From NCBI GenBank assembly GCA_964564285.1, contig CAZMBZ010000001.1, forward strand, positions 2,508-66,507: a DNA stretch of 64,000 nt, written 5' to 3'. The DNA is from an uncultured Planctomycetaceae bacterium. GTDB taxonomy: Bacteria; Planctomycetota; Phycisphaerae; SM23-33. Shown here in pieces: positions 30,297 through 40,290 of this stretch (within the stretch, counting starts at the first letter, position 1; each line of letters opens with the position of its first letter). The position numbers were made by a program, and so were the translations under genes. The notes under the pieces were generated by a model. That model saw only the letters and a program-made list of their open reading frames with translations, was not told the origin of the DNA and searched no databases.

Positions 30297-33086
30297 TTAG
30301 AGGGTTCTCGCCACCTCGACCTTCTTGTAGAACTCCAGAGTATCACCTTCCTTGATGTCGTCGAAGCCGGCGATCTTCAGCCCGCACTCCATGCCCGAGC
30401 GGACTTCCTTGGCATCATCTTTGAATCGCTTGAGGCTTTCGAGTGTCCGCTCGTCAACAATAACGATGTTATTTCGCGTGACGCGGACGCGGGCGTTGCG
30501 GTTGGCCACGCCATCGAGCACCATGCAACCGGCAATTGAACCGACGCGGGAGACCTTGAAGACCTGCCTGATTTCGGCTCTGCCCAGCGTTTCCTCGCGG
30601 ATCTCTGGGGTCAGGCCTTCTTCCAATGCCTTGCGGACGTCGTCAACGATATCGTAGATGACACGGTAGAGGCGGATATCGACGCCCTTTTCCTCGGCCA
30701 AGTGTCGGGCGGACGAGTCCGAAACCGCGTTGAAGCCGATGATCAATGCACTGGACGCCTCGGCGAGCGTTACGTCTCCGGTGGTTATCCCGCCGACGGC
30801 GGCGTGGAGGATGTTCACCTTCGCTTCGGCGGTGCTGAGCTTTTCCAACGATCCGGTCAGGGCCTCGATTGAGCCCTGCACGTCGGCCTTGATAATCAGG
30901 GGCACTTCGCTGACTCGGCCCTGTTCGATGCCGCTGAGCAGGCTTTCCAGAGTGGCTTTGGCTCCTGAGGACAACTGGCGTGTGCGGCTTTGCTGTCGCC
31001 GGTCGTTGGCTGCGGTGCGGGCCTGATCGAGGTCGGCGACGACGAAGAACTTGTCGCCTGCTTCGGCGACGCAGTCAAGTCCGGCGATTTCCACCGGCGT
31101 GCTGGGTCCGGCGGACTCGATTCTATTGCCCTTGTCGTCGAGGATCTGGCGCACTCGGCCGTGGCTTTGCCCGGCCAGGACGATGTCGCCGACTTTCAGC
31201 GAGCCGTCGCGGATCAACAGCCTTACGAGCGCGCCTCTGGCGGTGTCCATTTCGGACTCGATAACGTAGCCGGTGGCCGGGGCGTCGGTCTCGGCCTGGA
31301 GCTCGAGCAGTTCGGCTTCGAGGCTGAGCACTTCGACAAGTTCTTCGATACCCTTGCCGGTTGTGGCGGATGTCTCCATTACTTCGACGTTTCCGCCCCA
31401 TTGCCTCGGTTGGAGTTCGTGTTCGGCAAGCTGGGCCATGGCCCGCTGGACGTTGGCGTTGGGCAGGTCCACTTTGTTCAGTGCCACGACGATGGGCACT
31501 TTGGCTGCCTTGGCGTGATTGATGGCCTCGATGGTTTGTGGCATAACGCCATCGTCGGCGGCCACGACGAGCACGACCACGTCGGTCATGTTGGCGCCGC
31601 GGGCACGCATGGCGGTGAAGGCCTCGTGGCCCGGGGTGTCCAGGAATACCACGTGCTTGTCGCCCACGTCGTAGCGGTAGCTACCGATATGCTGGGTTAT
31701 ACCGCCTGCCTCGCCGCTAGCGACGCCGGTGTGACGGATGTGGTCCAGCAGCGACGTCTTGCCGTGGTCGACGTGCCCGAGGAATGTGACGACAGGCGCC
31801 CGATTGACCATCTCGCCGGTCTCGCGGGCTTCCATTTGGGCGACGACCTGCTCCTCGGCGGTTTGTTCGCGGCGGACGTCGAGTTCGATGTCGAAGTCGG
31901 CAACGGCTGCCTCGGCCAGTTCGACTGTGATCGTCTGGTTGGTTGTCGCCAGCGTACCCATTTCCATGAGCTTGCGGATGATCTCAGCCGCTTTGAGTCC
32001 GGTGGCGGCAGAGAGGCTTTTGATAGAGATTGGCTCGTCGATTTCGACCTTGCCGACCTTGATGGTGGGGCGCATCTGTCCACCTTTGCGGCCGACGGAT
32101 GCCCTGTGTCTTCGCAGGCCTCCGCCCGCGGCAGCGGCCAGGCGAGCGGAACGTTCCTGGAGGTCGCGCTCTCGCCATTCCTTGAGCTTGTCGCCTCCGC
32201 CACCTGTGGCGCTGCGACCGGTGCCAGCGCGTCGGCGCGGGCTGCGCCGCTTGCCCTTCTTCTTGTCATCGCCCACGAAGGTCTTGCTGCCATAGCTTCC
32301 TGCGCGAGATGTTCCCGCTCCGGGGCCTACGACGCTCGGTCCTACGCCCATTGGGGTAGGCGACGAGCGACGACGCGGGGCGGCGACGTGGTCCGGGGCC
32401 TCGATGCGAACGATACGCGGACCATGAAGTTTGGCTGGGCGGGGGACAACCTGTGGCCCGGCCGGCATTATCTCTGGCTTGGAGGGCGCGGGCTTTTGCG
32501 GGGTTTCGGTTGTCTCGGGCGCTTCGACTTTCGTGTTGTCGGCCTGTTCGGCCGCCACTTGAGCGGGCGGCTTTGTTTGGGGCTCTGCTTCGGCCTCGGC
32601 GGCGGCTTCGGTTTCGACCTCTGCTTCGGCTTCAACTGTCGGCGCTGGCTCTACGGCGGGAGGTACTTCGACCTCGGTGGCCGGGGATTCTGCCACGGCG
32701 ACGGCGGGGGCTTGCTCTGCCTCGCTTTCGACGGGTTGCTCAGTCTCGACCGGCGCGGCCTCTGCCTCTGCTTCTGCCACGGTCTCTGCCACGGTTTCAG
32801 TTTCGGGCGCGGTTTCGGTCTCGGGCTCAGTCACGGGCTCGGGCTCGGTATGCCGACGGCTCTTGCGGGCCTCAGCTCGCGCTTTCTTGAGGTCCACGTG
32901 CTCGCTCGTTTCCACGGCTGTCTGCGAGGCATCCGCGCTGAACCATTCGCGCAGCGTCGCCTCCAGACCGGCCGAAAGCGTAGCCATGTGGTTCTTGATT
33001 TCCAGCCCCTCGGCGCGGCACTTCTCGAGCATTGCCTTGCTCTTTACGCCGAGTTCTCTTGCAAGTTCAAAAACGCGTGTTGCCAA
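30297..33086 (-). CDS. infB: translation initiation factor IF-2
   Basis: GTPase motifs [21 protein letters not shown]. Acidic Glu/Ala/Pro-rich N-terminal region. C-terminal IF-2 domains. Confidence 0.95.
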   Translation of the reverse strand: MATRVFELARELGVKSKAMLEKCRAEGLEIKNHMATLSAGLEATLREWFSADASQTAVETSEHVDLKKARAEARKSRRHTEPEPVTEPETETAPETETVAETVAEAEAEAAPVETEQPVESEAEQAPAVAVAESPATEVEVPPAVEPAPTVEAEAEVETEAAAEAEAEPQTKPPAQVAAEQADNTKVEAPETTETPQKPAPSKPEIMPAGPQVVPRPAKLHGPRIVRIEAPDHVAAPRRRSSPTPMGVGPSVVGPGAGTSRAGSYGSKTFVGDDKKKGKRRSPRRRAGTGRSATGGGGDKLKEWRERDLQERSARLAAAAGGGLRRHRASVGRKGGQMRPTIKVGKVEIDEPISIKSLSAATGLKAAEIIRKLMEMGTLATTNQTITVELAEAAVADFDIELDVRREQTAEEQVVAQMEARETGEMVNRAPVVTFLGHVDHGKTSLLDHIRHTGVASGEAGGITQHIGSYRYDVGDKHVVFLDTPGHEAFTAMRARGANMTDVVVLVVAADDGVMPQTIEAINHAKAAKVPIVVALNKVDLPNANVQRAMAQLAEHELQPRQWGGNVEVMETSATTGKGIEELVEVLSLEAELLELQAETDAPATGYVIESEMDTARGALVRLLIRDGSLKVGDIVLAGQSHGRVRQILDDKGNRIESAGPSTPVEIAGLDCVAEAGDKFFVVADLDQARTAANDRRQQSRTRQLSSGAKATLESLLSGIEQGRVSEVPLIIKADVQGSIEALTGSLEKLSTAEAKVNILHAAVGGITTGDVTLAEASSALIIGFNAVSDSSARHLAEEKGVDIRLYRVIYDIVDDVRKALEEGLTPEIREETLGRAEIRQVFKVSRVGSIAGCMVLDGVANRNARVRVTRNNIVIVDERTLESLKRFKDDAKEVRSGMECGLKIAGFDDIKEGDTLEFYKKVEVARTL

Positions 33087-33183
33087 GGAAGCCTCCCGGC
33101 AATGCAGATATAAAAACCACTATCATCTTCAAGCCCAGGCCGAAACGATCGACCGGGCTGCTCACCCAACAGACTCAACCGTT

Positions 33184-34599
33184 TTATGCGTCGGCGGTAT
33201 CGTCTTTGGTCCGGGGCTCGGTTTCGGGCTCGGGATCGGGTGCTTCGGCGGCGGGGGGCGACGCTGCGTCGTCGGTTTGCCCGGCCACGTTGTCATTTAC
33301 ATCATTTTCGTTCTGGGTTTCATCCGTGGATTCGCCCACGGTATCATCTTTGGCCTCGTCTGTCGCCTGCGGCTCGGAGGCGGGTGAGTCGGCCTTCTCG
33401 CCGCCAGTGGGGCGGGGGCCGGCTTTTTTGAGCTTCTCGGCCGCCTGCTTGGCCGCGGCTGCCTCTTTGGCGGCCTCGGCACAGCGAACCACTATCAGTC
33501 TGGCCAGGGCCCTGTCGAGCCCCAGTTCGTTGACGAGCGGTTCCGGGCCGACCTCTTCGACGTCCAGCACGTTAACCATACCCATGGCGATAACGCGATC
33601 AACTGTCGTGGAGTCTACCCCCTCGACTTCGCGGAGGCTTTTCTCCAGGAGGTCCAAGCCCGAGTTGAACTCTGCGGGGGTAAGTATGTCGACGTCCCAG
33701 TTGGTCAGCCTGGCTGCCAGACGAACGTTTTGGCCTCGTTTTCCGATAGCCAGGGAAAGCTGGTCTTCGACGACAACTACCGTGGCTCGCCCAAGCTCGA
33801 AGCACAGGGCGATCTCAGCGACCTCCGCCGGCTTGAGTGAATTGCCGATGAGAATTTTCGAGGAGTCGTTCCAGCGGACGATGTCGATTTTCTCGCCGCC
33901 CAGTTCGTCGACGATGTTTTTGATTCGGCTGCCGCGAATGCCCACGCAGGCGCCGACGGCATCGACCTTCGCATCGAGGCTGTTGACGGCCACCTTTGTC
34001 CGATATCCGGCCTCGCGAGCCATGGTCTTGATCTCGATGATTTTCTCAGCGACCTCGGGTACTTCCAGGTCGAACAGGGCACGGATGAAGTCCGGGTGAG
34101 TCCTGGAAAGGATGACCTTGACGGCGCTGGGCTGTTCGCGAACTTCCAGCACCATTGCGCGGATGCGTTCCTCGGGCATGTGGCTCTCGCCGGGGATCTG
34201 TTCGCCCCTGGGCAGGATCGCTTCGGTCCGGCCAAGGTCGACGATCAGAGAGCCACCTTCCCACCGTGCGGTGCGGCCTGTGACGATCTGGCCGCGGCGT
34301 TCGAGGTATTCCTCGTAGATGCTGCCCCGCTCGGCCTCGCGTATTCGCTGGATCATCACCTGCTTGGCAGTCTGGGCGGCGATTCGGCCGAGGTCGCGAA
34401 CGCTCATTGCCTGGCCGTCGACGGTAGCGGAGATTTCGCCGTTCTGGCGGTCGATATGAACCGTGATGTCCTCAGTTGTGGCATTCTGCTTTCGAATGGC
34501 CGATAGCATGGCGGCCTCGAGGTCCTCAAGGACAACCTCGCGGTCGATGTTCTTGTCTCTGGCCAGGCCGTCAACTATACGCAGAAGTTCTTGGCTCAT
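33184..34599 (-). CDS. nusA: transcription termination/antitermination factor NusA with acidic C-terminal extension
   Basis: MSQELLRIVDGLARDKNIDREVV N-terminus; S1 and two KH regions (GACVGIRGSRIKNIVDELGGEKIDIV; AIGKRGQNVRLAARLTNWDVDI). Confidence 0.95.
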   Translation of the reverse strand: MSQELLRIVDGLARDKNIDREVVLEDLEAAMLSAIRKQNATTEDITVHIDRQNGEISATVDGQAMSVRDLGRIAAQTAKQVMIQRIREAERGSIYEEYLERRGQIVTGRTARWEGGSLIVDLGRTEAILPRGEQIPGESHMPEERIRAMVLEVREQPSAVKVILSRTHPDFIRALFDLEVPEVAEKIIEIKTMAREAGYRTKVAVNSLDAKVDAVGACVGIRGSRIKNIVDELGGEKIDIVRWNDSSKILIGNSLKPAEVAEIALCFELGRATVVVVEDQLSLAIGKRGQNVRLAARLTNWDVDILTPAEFNSGLDLLEKSLREVEGVDSTTVDRVIAMGMVNVLDVEEVGPEPLVNELGLDRALARLIVVRCAEAAKEAAAAKQAAEKLKKAGPRPTGGEKADSPASEPQATDEAKDDTVGESTDETQNENDVNDNVAGQTDDAASPPAAEAPDPEPETEPRTKDDTADA

Positions 34600-34651
34600 A
34601 TGTTTTCCAGGTCGTCTGGGGGCCCGGCGAATCGGCCCGCCATACAGGCAA

Positions 34652-34680
34652 CAAAAAAAGTGGGTCGCCTATCCCACTTT
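34652..34680 (-). terminator. intrinsic terminator about 50 nt upstream of the nusA start codon
   Basis: Minus-strand RNA reads AGUGGG-AUAGGCGA-CCCACU followed by UUUUUU. Confidence 0.55.
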
Positions 34681-35117
34681 CCAAGCTTCCGCCTCATTTT
34701 GTCTCGGGGTCCGGTCCCTCCGGGCCCGTAATAAGAATGCAAATTCCTACGGAGCCCGGCGCGGTTTCCACACACCGAACAAAACGTGCCTCAGCCAGAG
34801 CCTTCCGTGGAAGCCTCTCACTGCGGCAAGCGCCATATTGGCCTTAAGCCGTGACACCAGCTTGGATCCTGGTCAGGAACAACATTATTTTACGAACTCC
34901 TGGCCCGACGGTTCTTGTCGCCATCACTATCCGCACGAACCAATGGGCCGCAGCAACGATTGCTGACGGTCCAGACGTGCGGCCTGAACATAACTCGTTA
35001 CCAAACAAAACTATGCGAACGAAGTAGATACCACCCCCATCCCCGCGTTTCCCAAGCCAAGAAGGCCCAGAACCTCGGGAGCAGGATGGTGCCTGCAACA
35101 ATCGCTAACTAAGCAGA
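34652..35117 (-). ncRNA. candidate ~470-nt structured leader RNA or ncRNA upstream of nusA (identity unknown)
   Basis: Bounded by a near-consensus promoter (35124-35151) and the terminator above. No credible ORF. Several strong hairpins, e.g. GGCCG..CAGCAA-UCG-UUGCUG-CGGCC, CCGGGCUCCGUA..UACGGGCCCGG, GAGAGGCUUCC..GGAAGGCUCU. Confidence 0.3.
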
Positions 35118-35123
35118 TTACAG

Positions 35124-35151
35124 ATTATAGGAACCTTACGAGCCCAGTCAA
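35124..35151 (-). promoter_or_regulatory. near-consensus sigma70-type promoter reading toward nusA
   Basis: On the minus strand: TTGACT (35151-35146), 16-nt spacer, TATAAT (35129-35124). Confidence 0.5.
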
Positions 35152-35319
35152 CAAAAATCCCCAGGCACCTGCACCGCTACCCCGCCACCGTTCGACGCGG
35201 CCCCGCGCCACGCGGTATCCTGAAGCTGGCAGCCTATCAAGAAACAGGGGGCCTCGCGACCGTTTTCTGCGTTTTTTCGACTGCCGGCCGGCAAACTCGC
35301 CGAAGCCTGTCGTAGTGTC

Positions 35320-35348
35320 TTGCAGGGCGAAATCGTTGCCTGTATACT
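35320..35348 (+). promoter_or_regulatory. candidate promoter of tRNA-Val
   Basis: TTGCAG (35320-35325), 17-nt spacer, TATACT (35343-35348), 11 nt before the tRNA 5' end. Confidence 0.5.
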
Positions 35349-35359
35349 ACCGACTTCGC

Positions 35360-35433
35360 GGGCGTTTAGCTCAGTTGGCTAGAGCGCCTCCCTTACAAGG
35401 AGGAAGTCACTGGTTCAAGTCCAGTAACGCCCA
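35360..35433 (+). tRNA. tRNA-Val (anticodon TAC)
   Basis: Manual cloverleaf: acceptor GGGCGTT/AACGCCC, D-arm GCTC-AGTTGGCTA-GAGC, anticodon arm CCTCC-CTTACAA-GGAGG, variable AAGTC, T-arm ACTGG-TTCAAGT-CCAGT, discriminator A. CCA is not encoded. Confidence 0.92.
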
Positions 35434-35435
35434 TC

Positions 35436-35465
35436 AAAAAACCCCTGCGAAAACAGGGGTTTTTT
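35436..35465. terminator. bidirectional intrinsic terminator after tRNA-Val
   Basis: aaaaaa-CCCCTG-cgaaaa-CAGGGG-tttttt. Faces the convergent hydrolase gene as well. Confidence 0.7.
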
Positions 35466-35570
35466 GATGCGCCGAGGTGTTGTGCAATATTGCGCTATGC
35501 GACTTGCCCGTGACGGATACTTATCTCCAGGCCAGACGGAATGGCGATTCGCTTCATATGGCTTTGGCGA

Positions 35571-36692
35571 CTACTTCCCGGAAACGACGATTATGTCGGA
35601 TGTCTCATCGTCGGCCTGAGGGGGCGGGGAGGTGAAGCGGTAGTAATCGTGCCATCCCAGCCAGTAGTCGTTATCTCCGCCCAGCCAGCGGGCCGAAGCA
35701 CACTCGTTGCCATCTCTCCCCTGCGGGTTCGAGTCCGGGCTGTCGTCGGCATCGCTGTCGGGGGCGATGTCGATCGCTGGGCTGTCGCCGGTGTCGGCCG
35801 GGTCGGCTCGGGTTGCTACCAAGGGCGGGTCAACCCCTTCAGCGGGCGGGGCGTCGATGAGCGTATCGCCGCGACCGGCGCTGACGGCTGCGATCAGGTC
35901 GCCGTTCCACTGGCCCTGCCGCACCAGCGGGCGGACGTATGTACCCACGAACCGCACGGCCATGCAGCCGAAATGCCCGCCGCCGTTGCCTGCCGAGGCC
36001 ATCGAGCGATCCCAGCGGACCTGGTAGAGCTTTCTATAGACGTCATAGCCGCCGCCGGGACTGGTGTCGAAGCCCACCTTGCCGGCCGACGCGCCGAGTT
36101 GGCCGTCCATCGTTCCGATCAACGACGTGCCCGCACCTAGAATGCCATCGTGCGGGGAGTAGAAGCTCACGATGCCGCTGCGACTCCTGGCCAGTGCCTC
36201 CGAAAGGTCGTAGCCCGGCGACAGCGACGATGCCAGCAGTATGATGCCCTCGACCTTCTCGCCGTCGGGCAGGCTCTCAGCCGCCCATACCGCCATGGCT
36301 GTGCCCCCGCTGTGGCCTATCAGGTATACGGGCCGATCTGGGTATTGGCGTAGATAGTCCGATATCTGGGCCGAGATTTTTCGCGCGACCGCGCGGTTGC
36401 GGCCGACGGCCATCTGGTTGAGCAAGCCCAGCGGCGACGTCCAGTCCCGCAACTCGACGGAAAGGGCAAACTCATCACTACAAAGCGCCCGGCAGGCGGC
36501 CTCGCTATAGCCGCTCCGCCCGTCGATGCCGGGCATGAGGACGACGAGACCCCGGTCGGCCCCGTCGGCGTTGATGACCACCCGCTCATCGCACCCGATC
36601 GGCAGCACGACCAGCACGCAGAACAGCACCAACTGACCTCGCCCAACTCCGCTTCCGCGCCACTCGGGCGCACGCGATCCGTTTAGCGACAT
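35571..36692 (-). CDS. alpha/beta-fold hydrolase (lipase/esterase-like) lipoprotein with acidic C-terminal region
   Basis: Nucleophile elbow GHSGG (VYLIGHSGGTAMAVWAAE). Signal plus lipobox-like VLPIGC. ATG 36692 is preceded by GGAGGAAGG. The longer track ORF start 36944 lacks support. Confidence 0.7.
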   Translation of the reverse strand: MSLNGSRAPEWRGSGVGRGQLVLFCVLVVLPIGCDERVVINADGADRGLVVLMPGIDGRSGYSEAACRALCSDEFALSVELRDWTSPLGLLNQMAVGRNRAVARKISAQISDYLRQYPDRPVYLIGHSGGTAMAVWAAESLPDGEKVEGIILLASSLSPGYDLSEALARSRSGIVSFYSPHDGILGAGTSLIGTMDGQLGASAGKVGFDTSPGGGYDVYRKLYQVRWDRSMASAGNGGGHFGCMAVRFVGTYVRPLVRQGQWNGDLIAAVSAGRGDTLIDAPPAEGVDPPLVATRADPADTGDSPAIDIAPDSDADDSPDSNPQGRDGNECASARWLGGDNDYWLGWHDYYRFTSPPPQADDETSDIIVVSGK

Positions 36693-37088
36693 GATCGCCT
36701 TCCTCCATTTTTCCAGTAGAATTGTAGACGCCAGCCCGAATCTCAACGACCCCTCAGGCCGGCAGAGACGGGTTAAGCTCCTTCTACAAGAAGCGTAGAA
36801 TATAGAACTTGCGCAGGCAAAGCGGACTTGGGTATTTATGGGTTTGGGGTGAGCATGGCAGGGCGGAAGTTTTGCTGAACCAGTCTCGGTCGGAGCGAAA
36901 CGCCAGCCAGTCCCCGCCATCGCGGCAAGAAGTTGCGTGGCCATGATCCTCTGGCGACTGTTACCTCAGCCTTGCGGGTTTACCTGACCACTGGCCAACT
37001 GCCCCCCGTTGTTGGTAGAATCTGCCTGTCCGGTGGCAGGTTCGCTGCAAACGGGTGAAGTATTACGCGGCACGCGAGGAGTGAATCG

Positions 37089-38852
37089 ATGAGCCATAAG
37101 ACAGCCTTTGGGGTAATTGCACTTGCTCTGTTGTTCGTGACATTTCAGACAGCCATCGCCGGCCCCTGCCGCGATCTGTACTCCGACACGTGGGTCGCAA
37201 CGGATGCCCTTGGGCGCGAATTGCCCGGATACGATCAATGCGGCCCGCCCGACCCGAACAGAACGGTCGGCCTGTTCTACTTCCTCTGGCTGGGCCAGCA
37301 CGGTACCCAGGGACCTTTTGATATCACTCAAATACTGCGGAAAGATCCGAATAACCCCCAATACGGCCCCGTTCTCACTTACCATCATTGGGGCAAACCC
37401 GAGCTTGGGTATTATACAAGCGACAGCCGGTACGTTCTTCGCAAACACGCCCGCATACTATCCGACGCGGGTGTCGATGTCCTTATATTCGACGCCACAA
37501 ACGCCATCACATATCGCGCTGTCTATATGGCGCTTTGCGAGGAATTCCACAGGCTTCGCAAAGCCGGCCAGCATACACCCGCCGTCATGTTTATGACCCA
37601 CAGCGCGCCGGACAAGACCATCGCCAAACTCTATGGCGAGTTCTATTCCAAAGGCCTGTACCGCCATCTCTGGTTTCGCTGGAAGGGCAAGCCTTTGATT
37701 CTCGGCAAGCCCGGCAGTCTGCCCCCGAAGATCCGGAATTTCTTCACAATGCGGGATTGCTGGGCGTGGTCTCATGGCAAGGATATGTGGCAGTGGCTCG
37801 ATAACTATCCGCAACGGTACGCGTGGCATGAGGACCCGAAGAAGCCCGAGGAGGCGAGCGTTTGCGTCGCACAGCACGCGACGACGAATCTGGGCAGGAG
37901 CAACTTCAAAGGCAAACAGCCGCCGGTTAACGGCATCTGCGTCGCGAAGGACACTCACAAGGGGCTGTACTTTTCTCAGCAGTGGAAACGGGCCTTGGAG
38001 ATCGATCCAGAGTTCATCTTCATCACCGGCTGGAATGAGTGGGTTGCCTGCCGGTTCATCAACAAGGACGGCCAGCCGCCGAACAATATCCTGCTCGGCA
38101 GGCACCTCAAGCCCGGCGACAGTTTCTTCGTTGACGCGTATTCGCGCGAATACAGCCGGGACATCGAACCGATGGAAGGCGGATACGGCGACAACTATTA
38201 CTACCAGATGGTCGCGGGGATTCGTAAGTACAAGGGCGTCCGAAAGCCTCTGAAGGTTTCGGAGCCCAAGAAAATCACGATTGACGGAAGCTTCTCGAGG
38301 GAATGGGATGATGTGGAGCCAGAGTTTCGCGATCACGCAGGTGATGTGGAGCATCGCGACGAGAAGGGATGGGGCGATGCGGGCAGATATACGAACACGA
38401 CGGGCCGAAATGACTTCATCACAATGAAAGTCGCCCGAAATGCCGATCACGTGTACTTCTATGCAAGGACATATAGGCCCGTATCATCCTGCAAAGACCC
38501 CAATTGGATGCTTCTGTTCATCGATGCCGATCAGGATTTCAAGACCGGGTGGAATGGATACGATTATGTTGTGAACCTTGAAGTCAAAGACCGTCATACG
38601 ACAAGCCTGCACTCATTAGAGGGGTCAACATGGAACCCCCAAAGGGTCATGGATATCGAATATGCCGTTGCGGGGCCGAAGGTCGAACTGGCGATTCCCA
38701 AAAGTGCGATTGGCTTGGGCAAGGGCAAGGCCGTCAATATGGATTTTCACTGGGCCGACAACGTTCAGAAACTGGGCGATATCGTGGAATTCGCCATAAA
38801 CGGCGACAGTGCCCCTCAGAGAAGGTTCAATTACAGGTACTCGGGCAATTAG
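37089..38852 (+). CDS. secreted hypothetical protein, possible glycoside-hydrolase-like TIM barrel plus beta-sandwich
   Basis: Signal peptide MSHKTAFGVIALALLFVTFQTAIAG. The GLFYFLWLGQHG / GVDVLIFDATN pattern recalls GH99/GH71-like barrels. The family assignment is a guess. Confidence 0.55.
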   Translation: MSHKTAFGVIALALLFVTFQTAIAGPCRDLYSDTWVATDALGRELPGYDQCGPPDPNRTVGLFYFLWLGQHGTQGPFDITQILRKDPNNPQYGPVLTYHHWGKPELGYYTSDSRYVLRKHARILSDAGVDVLIFDATNAITYRAVYMALCEEFHRLRKAGQHTPAVMFMTHSAPDKTIAKLYGEFYSKGLYRHLWFRWKGKPLILGKPGSLPPKIRNFFTMRDCWAWSHGKDMWQWLDNYPQRYAWHEDPKKPEEASVCVAQHATTNLGRSNFKGKQPPVNGICVAKDTHKGLYFSQQWKRALEIDPEFIFITGWNEWVACRFINKDGQPPNNILLGRHLKPGDSFFVDAYSREYSRDIEPMEGGYGDNYYYQMVAGIRKYKGVRKPLKVSEPKKITIDGSFSREWDDVEPEFRDHAGDVEHRDEKGWGDAGRYTNTTGRNDFITMKVARNADHVYFYARTYRPVSSCKDPNWMLLFIDADQDFKTGWNGYDYVVNLEVKDRHTTSLHSLEGSTWNPQRVMDIEYAVAGPKVELAIPKSAIGLGKGKAVNMDFHWADNVQKLGDIVEFAINGDSAPQRRFNYRYSGN

Positions 38853-39074
38853 CAGTCCGTTTAGAAATGGGCCCACCGACCAAGCCAGCGTGAACAGGTG
38901 CGGAAAGTACGTCTCGCAAAAGAACCTGCCTGCCAGCATGCAGGCTTGAAGTCGCGATCCGCCCGGCTGCGGCGCACACGGTCAGCGATCGGCGGCAGGC
39001 CGCCGATGTCCTGCCCGGTCAGCGTGACCGCGGCCGACCGGGCCTTGGCGCGGGCTTTGACCTTCTGGTAGACG

Positions 39075-39686
39075 GTGCGGGCGTGTTGTCGCTTGGCAGT
39101 TGGAGGCATCGTTGGTACTATTATGGTGGGATGTCAAGACGAGCTTCCTCCGGTCGAAGAAGACAAGGACAACAGCATGAAAGACCCGCAGGATAATATC
39201 GAGTCATTCTCCCCTTCTTCAGGTGGGCGGGTTGCTGTCAAGAGGGTCAGTACCCGCGATATGGCGATAATCAGGTCAGCTGCGGTGGTTTGTCTGGTTC
39301 TCGCATGGGCGCCGTGGTTGTGGATTCTTGCTGATTTCGATAATTGTCCCTGGAACGCGGTGGATTCCATCGCTTTGCTTGTTACGAACCTGACGTGTAC
39401 TTGCCTTTGCGCGCACTACTTCCGAATGAAGTCCGTATATCTGGTCAATGAGCTCGTTATCGTTGTGGGGGCATTCAGCTTTGAGGCTATCCCCAAGTCC
39501 GCACTGAAAGAGGCGAGGATTTCCAGAGTCCCCGGCGGGATATGGTGGTCCGGGTATCGGGTCGCCGTGCCGCCAGAAGGTCAACGGAAGAAACGGACCT
39601 TCTGGTTTGTGGGGTGGTCGGGGACCTCACCTTGGAAGAGGTCGAGCGATCCGGTGCTTCAAGACCTCTCCGGCGGCAACTGCTGA
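39075..39686 (+). CDS. hypothetical membrane/lipoprotein in an AT-richer, decayed region
   Basis: GTG start gives a lipobox-like GTIMVGC; internal TM segment AAVVCLVLAWAPWLWIL. No family recognised. Alternative ATG at 39177. Confidence 0.3.
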   Translation: MRACCRLAVGGIVGTIMVGCQDELPPVEEDKDNSMKDPQDNIESFSPSSGGRVAVKRVSTRDMAIIRSAAVVCLVLAWAPWLWILADFDNCPWNAVDSIALLVTNLTCTCLCAHYFRMKSVYLVNELVIVVGAFSFEAIPKSALKEARISRVPGGIWWSGYRVAVPPEGQRKKRTFWFVGWSGTSPWKRSSDPVLQDLSGGNC

Positions 39687-39889
39687 CAGACTGTCCTGCC
39701 GGCCAGGTTTGAGCCCAAGGGTCAGAACCGTTGGCGGCGGTTCAGGCAGATTTCGCGGACCGACAGGAAGGCCTGGCTCCCGCTGAGAACACCATAAATG
39801 TCTGCTTTGCCCTCTCACGCTTTGGCCTTGGATTCACCCACGGGAACTTGAACCATCTGCTTCTCGGCCGCATCCAGCAGCAGGCCGAA

Positions 39890-39976
39890 GGCCGTGGCGG
39901 TGTTCTTGATGCCTGCCTGGGCCTTGACGGCGGTCAAGGCGTCGAGGAAGCGGTCGTAGTCGGCCCGGCGGGTTGA
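39890..39976. repeat. ~85-bp imperfect direct repeat, copy 1 (partner 40207-40290)
   Basis: ggccgtggcggtgttcttgatgcctgcctgggcc...gtcgaggaagcggtcgtagtcggcccggcgggttga versus ggacggtggcgttcttgatgccggcctgggca...gtcgagggagcggttgtagtcggctcggcggttga, roughly three quarters identical by eye. Confidence 0.6.
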
Positions 39977-40206
39977 GCTTGCTAAGGACCACGTCGTCGA
40001 GGCCCGAGTATTCCTTCAGGGCCACATCGTTGATCTCGTCGTAGAGCGGCTCGCGGAGGATGGCCAGGTCGTCCTGGCCGGCGATGGCATTGTGAGAGAG
40101 CTGGATGGCCACCTGCTGCTGGTGGGTCAGCTTGCGGGCGGTGTAAGGGACGGGATATCCGTCAGGCCAGCGTCCCTGGCCTTGGCGTAAGACTTGCTCC
40201 TAGTTC

Positions 40207-40290
40207 GGACGGTGGCGTTCTTGATGCCGGCCTGGGCATTGGCGGTGGTGCGGGCGTCGAGGGAGCGGTTGTAGTCGGCTCGGCGGTTGA
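40207..40290. repeat. ~85-bp imperfect direct repeat, copy 2 (partner 39890-39976)
   Basis: See copy 1. Both encode RADY(N/D)R.LDA.T...AQAGIKN on the minus strand. Confidence 0.6.

Noticed and set aside
34844-35101. 85-aa minus-strand ORF upstream of nusA as a possible rimP or leader peptide.
   Set aside because: The translation (MLQAPSCSRGSGPSWLGKRGDGGG...) has no RimP features, no SD and a biased composition. It lies inside the hairpin-rich putative RNA.
34652-35117. Assigning the nusA-upstream RNA to RNase P RNA, tmRNA, SRP RNA or 6S RNA.
   Set aside because: There is no GAGGAAAGUCCGGGC / ACAGAACCCGGCUUA pair in the correct order (only a weak GCCGGGCUCCGUAGG resemblance near the 3' end). 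There is no GGGG 5' end, tRNA-like T-arm with CCA or tag ORF for tmRNA, and no SRP domain IV GGAA/AGCA loops. The identity is left open rather than forced.
38855-38875. Shared 11-mer ccgtttagaaa at about 38858 and about 46000, considered as element boundaries.
   Set aside because: An exact 11-nt match is expected many times by chance in 64 kb, and there is no extended similarity around it.
38861-39109. 82-aa basic minus-strand ORF (MPPTAKRQHARTVYQKVKARAKARS...) as a gene.
   Set aside because: No family is recognisable, it overlaps the start of the opposite-strand ORF 39075-39686, and it lies in the decayed region. It is mentioned only as part of the relic finding.
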